A stretch of 64,000 nt of DNA from Amoebophrya sp. A120 (lineage: Eukaryota > Protista > Dinoflagellata): NCBI GenBank assembly GCA_905178155.1, contig CAJINV010000023.1, positions 293,874-357,873 of the forward strand, read 5' to 3'. Below the pieces are notes generated by a model. That model searched no databases. It was not told the origin of the DNA and worked only from the letters and a program-made list of their open reading frames with translations. The position numbers were made by a program, and so were the translations under genes. Every line of letters begins with the position of its first letter. The first letter of the stretch is position 1. Positions 49,761-61,300 of the stretch are shown here, piece by piece.

Positions 49761-50444
49761 CCCAAATTGACGACTGTACAGCATACACGCACAGACGCAA
49801 TTTTTGACACAGATGATTGCCAATATACGAGCGGAAGCGGCTCTTTTGCCTGTGCTCTATCTGCATTGCATACATTTTTTTATTTTGTTATACCAAGTTA
49901 TTAGCACCGCGATACGAAGATTGCAACCGCTGCTATTCCAAGTATATGCTGCTATGTGCTGCACGCAAAAATGCGGAAAAGTTTGAGTATTGATCAAGCG
50001 ACGGCGCATTTTTTTCCATACAGGCCGAGGAGATGCCACAAATCACACCGGTATCGATATCCTACAGAAAATCACATCTTCCAGAGGCATGATATTAGCA
50101 CCAGAAAATAAGAAAGTCAAGTTGCGGGGTTGACTGCTACAGAAAAGGTTCTTGATTGCTACTCAGGGTTTGGGACCACCTCTTTCATTTTAAATCCGCT
50201 ATGAAAATGATTTATAGCGATATGCACGACGCCTGTCCCTGTGCATTGCCTCTCTTGTGGTCATGATATGCGCAAAAAGATTGCAGACCTTTTTCTGTAG
50301 CGCGTGTCGCTACACAGACTCAGTTTTTGGCACCATTTTTGGGGGTTGTGCTTTTCCGCAGGATAATGGATAGAACATATCAAGGGCGTCCTCGACATGT
50401 TGAAAGACAAAGTAGAGAAGCGCGGCGCGAAGGTTCCACCTATG

Positions 50445-50629
50445 TATCCTGTGCAAAAGTATCGTACGTGCTGTACTTAATTGCATGCGTAACAAATTTC
50501 CTATTCCTCAGCATGAAGCATGGATTTTGTGGAAAAGATCAGGTGCTGGGAAACAAGATGTGTGACCATGCTGGTGCATACCTGCAATTTAGGACGAGTG
50601 CGATATCATGAATTCTTTTGCAATGCATA
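50445..50629. mobile_element. Family B element within a duplicated segment, copy 1
   Basis: TATCCTGTGCAAAAGTATCGTAC ... TTTTGCAATGCATA; DR not evident. Confidence 0.7.
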
Positions 50630-50631
50630 TT

Positions 50632-51021
50632 CTACTTCATATTTCTGCGACGATCTCTTGCTGCGATGATGATGAGCATGAAGTTCAATAGGTGCAGAAC
50701 TTGTTTGAAGATGTGATTGCAGAAAGTGCCTGTGAGGTCTGGTCCACCGGGTGTCCCTGGTACAGCGAGGCTCCCTCTGCTGCTCTGGTGGAAATGTTGC
50801 TGCTGGCCGCCCCCGCGGTAGAAGTGGCGCTGTTGGCCGCCGCCATAGAACTGCTGGCCGTATCCCTGCGTCCCGTCTCCAGGGTGCCAATAGCCGCCCC
50901 AGGAATTGTTGCTTTGGGCGCCATGCCCGTGGTACTGGGGTGTCCTGCCCGCGCTGGAGTTGCTGGAACGGCTGCTGGCGCCGCCTCCCATCGCGATCAT
51001 CGGGTTACCCGCCCCGCTCAT
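50632..51021 (-). CDS. Possible G/Q/S-rich exon fragment
   Basis: Compositionally biased peptide (GYGQQFYGGGQQRHFYRGGGQQQ); no full gene model. Confidence 0.3.
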   Translation of the reverse strand: MSGAGNPMIAMGGGASSRSSNSSAGRTPQYHGHGAQSNNSWGGYWHPGDGTQGYGQQFYGGGQQRHFYRGGGQQQHFHQSSRGSLAVPGTPGGPDLTGTFCNHIFKQVLHLLNFMLIIIAARDRRRNMK

Positions 51022-51814
51022 GTCGCGTCCTGCCCAGTTTAATTCTTATCTCCCCGACCTATCTGCAGAGAAACCTGCGGTTCCCCGCCGAAAAACAACG
51101 TCGCATCTGAAGAAAAACGGCCGCCGATCCCGGAGAAAGCGCCCACCAAGCTCTTAAACCTTCTCCCCCGGAAGGGGGCGCGGACGCGGTTGCACTTTGC
51201 TTGTGGTTTGACTCCAGACGCGGCGGCGCAGTCGATTTTTTCCGATACAGGCGTCTTCTAGTTCACTCGAGAATCGCCGTCGGGTCGTGTCTGAAGGGGA
51301 ACATACGCACTTGCTCCTTGCCGGTGATGTGTGGCCTCGGAAGAAGAGGAAGCTTCACAACGGCTTTTGCTGGTGAATTACTGCGCCGCTGCGCGGGGGT
51401 GGAAGCGTTGTTGGGGGCTAGCTTGGGAGCGTCCGGCGGGTGCCGCCGTGCCGTCGCGGCGCCCCCCTCCCCGCCCCCCCCCAGGCCCTCTTTCGCATGC
51501 TGGCGCGCATGCGAAATTAGGGCGCGCGCGCTGCCTATTTTCGCTTTTGCTCTAAAGCAGTGCTACTGCTGTGCGGAGCACGTCGGCACGCACACTGCCA
51601 GTCGTGCCATAGGCCAAGTGCCTGCGCAGCCCTTCCGCGCTACCGGCCTCGTAGACGTAGAGCGACCGCTTCTATCGGAGGCGCCTGTAAGTGTGCCGGG
51701 CACTTCCACTCCCGTGGATTGTTGTCTTCTTGCTTCAAAGCTTGTCACTGGCTTTGCCAGGGCGTCCTCGACATGTTGAAAGACAAAGCAGAGAAGCGCG
51801 CGAAGGTTCCTATG

Positions 51815-51944
51815 TATCCTGTGCAAAAGTACTATCGTACGTGGTAGTAAGTAATTGCATGCGTAACGAATTTTCTATTGGGGAATTCGAATTGTCCCTC
51901 GAAGAGACAGCCATGACGAGTGCGATATACTTTTGCGATGCATA
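51815..51944. mobile_element. Family B element within a duplicated segment, copy 2
   Basis: Same termini and same insertion context as 50445-50629, with a shorter interior. Confidence 0.7.
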
Positions 51945-52358
51945 TTCCACTTACTTAATATTTCTGCGGCGATCTGTTGCTGCGATGAGCATGAAGTTCA
52001 ATATGTGCAGAACTTGTTTTTAGGATGTGATTGAAGAAAGTTCCTTTATTTCTCTGTCTTTGCGTGTGTCGAAAAAACCAGGAGCGAATATATGAGCGTG
52101 TGCATCAACTCCCGCTCCTCCACCATTTGGCATGAAGAATACCAAAAGTACACTCTTCGCCCTACTTTGATAGAAGTACTTTAAGCATGACAACTTTGAT
52201 AGTTCAAGCATTCGTGAAACCCGTTTACAGACTTTTTAAATAGCACACAGCAAGTGCGTTCACTTGCTGTTGCGTGTCTTGCTGCCGGCAGAAGATTTGA
52301 AATACAGGGGGGGAGAGTCATTCATCCACTACCATAGAAAACGCTAACACTCTACCAG

Positions 52359-55300
52359 ATAAAACCCTGTGATGCTGCAAGGGCACAAGGGGGAGACACG
52401 TCGATCCTGCGGGAGGAAGCGGCAGTACCCCTGCGCGCGAGTGGTGAGCACGCTACCGGCAAGGCCGTGGACGCCGAGGCCGTTTATCCTGTGTAAAAAA
52501 ACAGCCCCATCCCAGAGGCAAGATCGCGATAATTCTGGGCTACTTTTGCGCATGACAAAGTTGCTTGGGTCTCTAATGTAGTGGTGTGTGGCTAGTAAGG
52601 CGGCATGAAAAATCTAGCCTCTAAGCCTAATTCGAACGTAAAAGAGCCCTAGAAAAAATAAGAAAATGCGCGTCATCGGGCTGCGCATGACACAAGATCT
52701 CAGCTTGTCCTCGTGTGGGAACGTTTAGTCAGGAGGCCAGTGCATGCATATTTACATGGCAGCTTTTGGGTGGGGACAATTTTCGTCAGGATATCGTCGC
52801 GTCGATTCCTATGGACGTCGAGATGACTCCTGTCGCCGAGAATCGAGTGCATCTTCAACGAAACGAGCATGAAACGGAGATACAGTCGCGGCGCGACCCC
52901 ATATGCAAAGAAAAAAGCTTGTTACACTCACTACTTTGCAGGTTGTGCATGCCAGATTTTTCTGGCGTCGCAGATTTTCTTGTATTGTGCTTGCACAAGA
53001 GAAATCGGCTAGGAAATTTGACTGCTGTGATGCATTTTCATCATGCTACTTGAGAGACAATTTTGTATTGCAAAAATGCGCAATAGCGAATTTTTTCGAT
53101 TTCATACCCCGTCGTGGACTCGGTTGCGCAGCAGCTGGAAAGTATGTCCCTCGAAGAGGCTGCCACGATGAATAAAGGCGGTGAGGAACAAGGCACGTCC
53201 GGGGTCTCAGCTCCTGCGGGGGAGAAGATTGCAGTCTCGGGCGGGGCCGACGAAGATGAGAAAATGCCGCAAGCCACTTCTGCAGAAGAGTCCGAGGACA
53301 CCGCCCGACTGCTATCCACTACGTCGAAAGAGCTGGGCTTATGCATTCGCAATTACATTTGTCTGGGTCTGGGAAGTTGTCATGCTGAAGAATTCTGTTT
53401 GGTAAAATAAGTGACCTGCTTCTTATGCTACAGTACAACATTTCACATTTCTTGGGTATTCGTAGTTGTATGCGAGAATTTCAGCATTACAAATCTCATC
53501 ATGATGTGCTTCCACACGACCCAGGAGACGGCGTCTTTGCAATGGATATGGCACCGTGTCCGGCGAGACTCCGCATGTGGATCAGCCTGCTATCGAAAGG
53601 AACGATCCCCCCTCCCCATATGAAAACGAAATTTCTGATGCTGGTTTTGTGTACACAAATCCAAGCTGTCTTGCTGGAGAGTACTGCAGACCCATACCAA
53701 GTGTACGTAGAGAGGTTTTGGCCTAGGCGCTTAGCATGAAAAACGCCCGCGCTGTAGGCCCAGCAGCATGACAAAACGCCTGCACAGTGCGGCGGTTGTC
53801 TGTGGAGTTGCCTTTTGGCAAGACAGACGCAATTTGTGGCCACAAATCAGCATCACAAATATCCAAAAGTATACCTTTCCAGTATGGGGAGGGGGGATTT
53901 TTCCTTTTGATACCTGCCCCGGCGAACACACCAGAACGGGGAACCCGTGCCGACAGCCAGGAGGGTTCCGGCGCGGCGAACACACCATATGCATTGCAAA
54001 TATGTCTGGGTCTGGATGGTTGGGTCTTGTCATGCTAAATCTGAATCATGTAAAAATCTGTATTGCATGATTACCAAAAGCTGTCCACGTGTGACCTAAT
54101 CGAGATGCAGTTTCTGATGCAGGATAGGCATGATGGAGACCTCACAGAATCTGTCACGCGAGGCTCTGCATACCAGACCTCATGGGTCATGAAAAACCTG
54201 CATGACAAGTCTGGCACTCTTCCAGACCCACACACTTTTGCAGTTGATACACCAGAGCGGGGAACCCGTACCGACAGCCAGGGCTCTACATCGGAAAAAC
54301 CAGCGGCGAAACCACCACCAGGCAGGGGCAAGCCGTATGGATTGCAAATATATTTGTATTTTCTGGCTCCACCTCTCGGTCGTGTGTCGTGTAAGACATG
54401 AGTCAAAACTTTGCCATGTTTGATGTCGCAAAGCAGCGCACCCACCGGTTTTGTATTGTATTGTTTTGAAAAAAATGCAAATTCCGCGGGCGCTAAGTAT
54501 GTGAAACAAGCAGTCGCGAATCAAGAAAAACTTGCCATCCGTGGGTGCGTAATAATTCTGGTTTTGCTTATCGTCTACAGGATGGCGTCATAATTTTCCA
54601 AACCAACACAAACACTGGAAGAACTGCATATAATTTGCAACTTTCATAAACCGCCCCGGATCTTCGAGGGAGGCAGGAGTCGCGTTCCATCAAACGGTAG
54701 CGCCGGTGGAGTTGCTGCGAAAGCGGTCGTGGGATCCAGCAGCCCAAGCAGAAGTGCGGATAATAAGCAGGACGCGCGAAGCAGCGCGTCGTCTCTATCA
54801 ACTGCAAGATCGCCCTATGCATTGCAAAAGTACTATCGTACTCGTATTGATGCATAACAAATTTCCTCAGCATGAGAAAGAAAATTTGTAAATGCGCATT
54901 TACCTTACGAGCAAAATTTCTAATGTATGCATGTTTGCAATTACTACGAGTGCGACACTTTTGCACAGGATACACCCTGGGAGCGTCTTGCCTCGGCGTC
55001 CGTGGGCGACCTGCCGCGAATGGATGTGGATTGGATGGTCACATCCTCACAATACGCATTGGAACATCAAAATTGTCCGGGTCTGGAAGTAGAATCCAAA
55101 CTTGTCATGCTAAATCTGAATCGTACGAAATGAAATTAAATCTGTGTTGTACATGTACTATGACTTCCGACACAATTTACCCACTTCTTGCCACGCAACC
55201 GGCAAAGCTCTCATGCGGACTTGGTAAAGGCTAAGGCATTGTACAAATTCGAGGCTCGTCTTGCAGGATCATGTGTGAAGATGCTTTTGGTTCGTGCAGC

Positions 55301-58300
55301 ATCCCAGACCAGTTTTGTGATCCACGAGATGCATAGCAAATCTTGCTCTCTTCCAGAAGATCCAGACATATTTGCACTGGACACGCAGATGACCAGTGCT
55401 GTGGTTTGCCAGGCGTCTCGTTGCGCGGTATGAATGGCAAAAATGTCTGGGCCTGGAAGATTGGAACACTTGTCATGCACATCTTGCATGAACGATGATG
55501 CCTGTAATGCATGACCTAGCATCAGAGATTTTGCGAGGGCTTCCTGATGCCTATACCGCATGAGGAACACGAATACCCCCACCGCGTAGCATAAACTGAA
55601 CTCCTCTTGCTCCTCACGCAATACAGATTTTTTTGGAATCCACAGACAGCATGACAAGTTCCATCCTCCCGCCGGACCCAGACATTTTTGCACTTGATAC
55701 GCGGACCGCGAAGACGACGGAGATTCAGACGACCAGGGCAGACCGTCGGGCGTCAGCCAGCGGCAGCTATCAAGTGCAAATATGTCTGGTTCTTGAAACT
55801 TATGATGCTAAAATGTGCATGATGAAAACACTTCCTCATACAGGAAAGCATAAAAAATCTGCGCAGAGCTTTATCATACGAACTCCGCATGAGAAGCTGT
55901 GTTTTTATATGACGTGACAGGCTGCCACTTTTGTTGGTCATGCAACAGCAACACAGATTTGACAGGAATGCAGGACCAGCATGAAAAGTTCCAACTTTCC
56001 AGACCCAGACAGATTTGCATTGGATACCAGCGGCCGCCTCGCGACGATGATGAGGACAGCTTCGAAAAGCTCGAGGAGTATGCATTGCAAATATGTCTGG
56101 GTCTGGAAACTTGTGATGCATGTCAGTAAAAAGAAAGCTAAGCGCACTGTAATGCACCGCCAGGCATGACAGATTTATCCTTGGCTTCGTGTTGCGTATT
56201 TCGCATGATAAACAGCGTTTTTGCATGACAGATAAGAGGAGCTCTTGCTGGCCGCACAATACAGAGCTCAGTTTCATGCCCGACTAGCATGACAAATCCC
56301 GCAATCTTCCAGACCCAGACATTTTTGCAATCCATAAGGAGGCAGCCGATCGAATGTCCTACGGAGTATCCAAGCCATCACCAGCTGGCGCGCAGAAGAA
56401 TGGTGAAGACGGCGATGATGATGATGATGATGACGAAAATGACGGCTGCAACGGCGAGTTTTTCGACGAGCAGTCAGAAAGCGGGCGCTGCAGCTTCGGA
56501 CCCGCGGCAGCGAGTGACCCGGGTGTGTGGGGGGCGAATTTCCTCGTTGGATCACTGACGCAGCAGTTTGATCAGGTTGCTCAGCTTGACGCGGTCGGGA
56601 GGCAGGATTCGAAAGGCGGAGGTCGATCGTCCTATCATGAGTGAAAACCCCCTTTTTACCCCATGTTGTTCAAAGTGATGCTGAATTTGTCGTATACACG
56701 AAGCAGGAGCCCCGTCACGTTTGGGGTCCCGGGCCTGCCGGTTTTGTTCCCGCGCGCTCCCTCGCTGAACGCCTGGAAGAATACGGCAGGAAGCATCGAT
56801 GGCGCAGGCAGCAGCCTGCGCACCTGGGGAGAGCGCATTTCAAGTAATATTAGTTTGAGGCCTTTGGTGGAAGTCCCGGGCAGTTTTGTTTATACGAATG
56901 TGACCCCCGCAAAATATTCCCTGGGCCTTTTGTAGCGCAGTGCGGCGCCCTATTTTGAGGCAAAGCCCAGCCCTTTTGCTTTTCGCGCGCTCAGCCACTG
57001 CGCGCCCGGAAATAAAAAAGCGGCGGGGGTGTTTCCCTGCCGCCCGGCCTCCTTCCATCCGCTATTACATTACGGGAAGCAGCGGCCAAAAGATTTTCGG
57101 CAATTCCCCCCCTGGGGTGCGGCTTTTCGGCCGCCCGGCTCTCGCCATTTTATCACGGGGGCCAGCGGCAACAACTTTTTCGGCAATTCCGCCTCCTAGG
57201 GTGCTGCTTTTCGGCCGCCCGGCTTTCGCCATTTTATCACGGGGGCCAGCGGTACACAGGTGAAATATGCCCCCGCCCCCGGAAGTGAGCAATTCTGGGG
57301 TGCTTAGGAGGCACCCCATCTGGTGCTCAGGAAGCACCCCGTCTGGTGCTTAAGCGCGTCGCGCCAGGGCTGCGTGCTTTATTAGGGTCAATATCTCGCG
57401 CTTGGCTGAAGAGTCAAGCTGCGCTCAATGAAAAAGAGGAACGGGGCATCTCTACTGCCCCAGACCGCGGGTTCCATCGCCATAGAAATACACCTAAACC
57501 ACCTCGATCGGACCATGGTGACTATGGGGCCTGTATTTTATCACTTAGTTATAGTGTTGCGATTCCGACGCTAGTATTTCTACTGCCCTTCGTTATACTT
57601 ACTCTGCCTGCCTTCGGCAAGAAGTTACTTAACTCCTAGTCCGAAGTTGGCTCTCGGGCAAGCTTCAAGCTTTTGGCGCGGTCATGCACAGAAACGAAAT
57701 CTGGAAAAAGCTCGACAGGCGAGCCCAATTATGGATCGGCAAGTCCGCCGATCCGGGTGTCACATAGAAACCCGATCTGCCGGAATCCGGCGGCGCAGAA
57801 GGAGCCGACTTCGTCGCCGCCGAATCGGGCCTGTAGCATGCGGATTCCCTTTAGAAAAGCCGCGATCTTTTGAAGCGCCAGATCCCGGCAGATCGGGTGT
57901 CTATGTGACACCCGGATCGGCGGACTTGCCGCATCGGACAGGTGCAGCGCTCACCTTTTGGCGCCTGCATGCAAAAACCCAACGTGTGTGCTGCAAAATG
58001 TCACAAGTTGAGCGCTCGTATGCCTACGATACCACAGCGCTCAGGGTGTGAAGCTGGCTCATCGCCGGAATGGATCATCTTTGCTCCCTGAGCAGATGGC
58101 CATCACCCCATGAGCTTGAGGTCGCGTAGCCTACTGCGTTTTTGTTCATCGCGGCGCCGTGCGTAATATTTTTACCCTTGGTCGAGAGGTAACAACTGGA
58201 ACGGGCCAGGAGATTTTGTTCCCGCTGGTCAAACAAGGTTACTTGCCCGCCTGGCCAGGACCAGGAGTCTACTTTCTTGCTCCTGGGGCTCGAAGTTCGG

Positions 58301-61300
58301 GCCCCCGCGGTATCAAAGGGGCAGATGGGGTGCTTCCTAAGCACCAGATGGGGTGCCTCCTAAGCACCCCAGAAGTGCTGATTTCCGGGGGCGGGGGCAT
58401 ATTTCACTTGTGTAAGCGGCAACAACTTTTTCGGCAATTCCGCCTCCTAGGGTGCTGCTTTTCGGCCGCCCGGCTCTCGCTATTTTATCACGGGGGCCAG
58501 CGGCAACAACTTTCTCGGCAATCCCACCTCCTAGGGTGCTGCTTTTCGGCCGCCCGGCTCTCGCTATTTTATCACGGGGGCCAGCGGCAGCAACTTTTTC
58601 GGCAATTCCACCTCCTAGGGTGCTGCTTTTCGGCCGCCCGGCTCTCGCTATTTTATCACGGGGGCCAGCGGCAACAACTTTTTCGGCAATTCCACCTCCT
58701 AGGGTGCTGCTTTTCGGCCGCCCGGCTCTCGCTATTTTATCACGGGGGCCAGCGGCAACAACTTTTTCGGCAATTCCACCTCCTAGGGTGCTGCTTTTCG
58801 GCCGCCCGGCTCTCGCTATTTTATCACGGGGGCCAGCGGCAACAACTTTTTCGGCAATTCCACCTCCTAGGGTGCTGCTTTTCGGCCGCCCGGCTCTCGC
58901 TATTTTATCACGGGGGCCAGCGGCAACAACTTTTTCGGCAATTCCACCTCCTAGGGTGCTGCTTTTCGGCCGCCCGGCTCTCGCTATTTTATCACGGGGG
59001 CCAGCGGCAACAACTTTTTCGGCAATTCCACCTCCTAGGGTGCTGCTTTTCGGCCGCCCGGCTCTCGCTATTTTATCACGGGGGCCAGCGGCAACAACTT
59101 TTTCGGCAATTCCACCTCCTAGGGTGCTGCTTTTCGGCCGCCCGGCTCTCGCTATTTTATCACGGGGGCCAGCGGCAACAACTTTTTCGGCAATTCCACC
59201 TCCTAGGGTGCTGCTTTTCGGCCGCCCGGCTCTCGCTATTTTATCACGGGGGCCAGCGGCAACAACTTTTTCGGCAATTCCACCTCCTAGGGTGCTGCTT
59301 TTCGGCCGCCCGGCTCTCGCTATTTTATCACGGGGGCCAGCGGCAACAACTTTTTCGGCAATTCCACCTCCTAGGGTGCTGCTTTTCGGCCGCCCGGCTC
59401 TCGCTATTTTATCACGGGGGCCAGCGGCAACAACTTTTTCGGCAATTCCACCTCCTAGGGTGCTGCTTTTCGGCCGCCCGGCTCTCGCTATTTTATCACG
59501 GGGGCCAGCGGCAACAACTTTTTCGGCAATTCCACCTCCTAGGGTGCTGCTTTTCGGCCGCCCGGCTCTCGCTATTTTATCACGGGGGCCAGCGGCAACA
59601 ACTTTTTCGGCAATTCCACCTCCTAGGGTGCTGCTTTTCGGCCGCCCGGCTCTCGCTATTTTATCACGGGGGCCAGCGGCAACAACTTTTTCGGCAATTC
59701 CACCTCCTAGGGTGCTGCTTTTCGGCCGCCCGGCTCTCGCTATTTTATCACGGGGGCCAGCGGCAACAACTTTTTCGGCAATTCCACCTCCTAGGGTGCT
59801 GCTTTTCGGCCGCCCGGCTCTCGCTATTTTATCACGGGGGCCAGCGGCAACAACTTTTTCGGCAATTCCACCTCCTAGGGTGCTGCTTTTCGGCCGCCCG
59901 GCTCTCGCTATTTTATCACGGGGGCCAGCGGCAACAACTTTTTCGGCAATTCCACCTCCTAGGGTGCTGCTTTTCGGCCGCCCGGCTCTCGCTATTTTAT
60001 CACGGGGGCCAGCGGCAACAACTTTTTCGGCAATTCCACCTCCTAGGGTGCTGCTTTTCGGCCGCCCGGCTCTCGCTATTTTATCACGGGGGCCAGCGGC
60101 AACAACTTTTTCGGCAATTCCACCTCCTAGGGTGCTGCTTTTCGGCCGCCCGGCTCTCGCTATTTTATCACGGGGGCCAGCGGCAACAACTTTTTCGGCA
60201 ATTCCACCTCCTAGGGTGCTGCTTTTCGGCCGCCCGGCTCTCGCTATTTTATCACGGGGGCCAGCGGCAACAACTTTTTCGGCAATTCCACCTCCTAGGG
60301 TGCTGCTTTTCGGCCGCCCGGCTCTCGCTATTTTATCACGGGGGCCAGCGGCAACAACTTTTTCGGCAATTCCACCTCCTAGGGTGCTGCTTTTCGGCCG
60401 CCCGGCTCTCGCTATTTTATCACGGGGGCCAGCGGCAACAACTTTTTCGGCAATTCCACCTCCTAGGGTGCTGCTTTTCGGCCGCCCGGCTCTCGCTATT
60501 TTATCACGGGGGCCAGCGGCAACAACTTTTTCGGCAATTCCACCTCCTAGGGTGCTGCTTTTCGGCCGCCCGGCTCTCGCTATTTTATCACGGGGGCCAG
60601 CGGCAGCAACTTGCTCGGCAATCCCACCTCCTAGGGTGCTGCTTTTCGGCCGCCCGGCTCTCGCTATTTTATCACGGGGGCCAGCGGCAAAAACTTTTTC
60701 GGCAATTCCACCTCCTAGGGTGCTGCTTTTCGGCCGCCCGGTAAGTATGGGAGCGAGGGGGGGCGGGGTTTTCATTTTCATACGCCTCGGGCCGCACCTT
60801 CGCGGACGCCGGCCGGGGGAGCTCCTCCGCGCTCGAAGCTCTCGTCCGCCAACAGCCGCAATCGGCAGCTACGCATGAAGAGCGCTGCCGGGTCGAGAGC
60901 GGCGTCGCGAGGCGGCAGCCGGGCAGGGTCAGCGTGCCCCTCCGCAACGGCCACGGCCGAGGACGTCGTGGCGCGGCTTATCGCCTCGGACTCGAATTCC
61001 GAGAGTGATGGCCGGACAAGCGGACACGGGAGTCGTGCCGAGTCTAAAAACGCTTCGGAAGATTCAGGTGAGTCTGGTGGGCGCGGCTCAGATGGCGAGG
61101 ACGAGGACGGCGGGCGTGTCTCCTTTTCCAGCGCAAATTATGCGTTGCAAACATGGCTGCCTCTGGAAGTAAAGCTGTGATGTGCGTTTCAGATCACGCA
61201 GAAATCTGGTATGCATGGATAGCAAAAGTTGCTCACCCACTACTTGTCACTAGAAGAAAGGACTTGGCATGCAGCGGGCTAGGCCTTGAGAAACATCCTG

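Larger units (their letters stand above)
57079..60740. repeat. 84-bp minisatellite (about 2 units, an insertion, then about 27.7 near-identical units)
   Basis: Unit AGCGGCAACAACTTTTTCGGCAATTCCACCTCCTAGGGTGCTGCTTTTCGGCCGCCCGGCTCTCGCTATTTTATCACGGGGGCC; continuous over 58415-60740. Confidence 0.97.
56632..60786 (+). mobile_element. Giant (4155-nt) non-canonical intron / introner containing a minisatellite and nested elements
   Basis: Ends TATCATGAGTGAAAACCCC / GGGGTTTTCATTTTCATA; DR CGTC/CGCC; removal joins GGRSS to RAAPSR..., in frame with the 60875 ORF. Confidence 0.75.

Noticed and set aside
46551-49904. MSHVSCL / HETWD repeat peptides
   Set aside because: Translations of the CATGAGA heptamer on both strands.
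57346-58344. Transposase inside the 1.16-kb element or elsewhere in the window
   Set aside because: Only short ORFs, with no DDE, HUH, tyrosine-recombinase or RT motifs recognised.
60741-60746. GTAAGT canonical donor at the array end, suggesting the array is exonic
   Set aside because: No matching acceptor or upstream exon entry was found, and the TIR/DR join at 56632-60786 explains the frame; cDNA is needed to exclude it fully.
58159-60878. Three ORFs of 808-861 aa over the 84-bp array
   Set aside because: The unit length is a multiple of 3, so stop-free frames arise on both strands. Units are near-identical even at synonymous sites, and the region lies inside the inferred intron.
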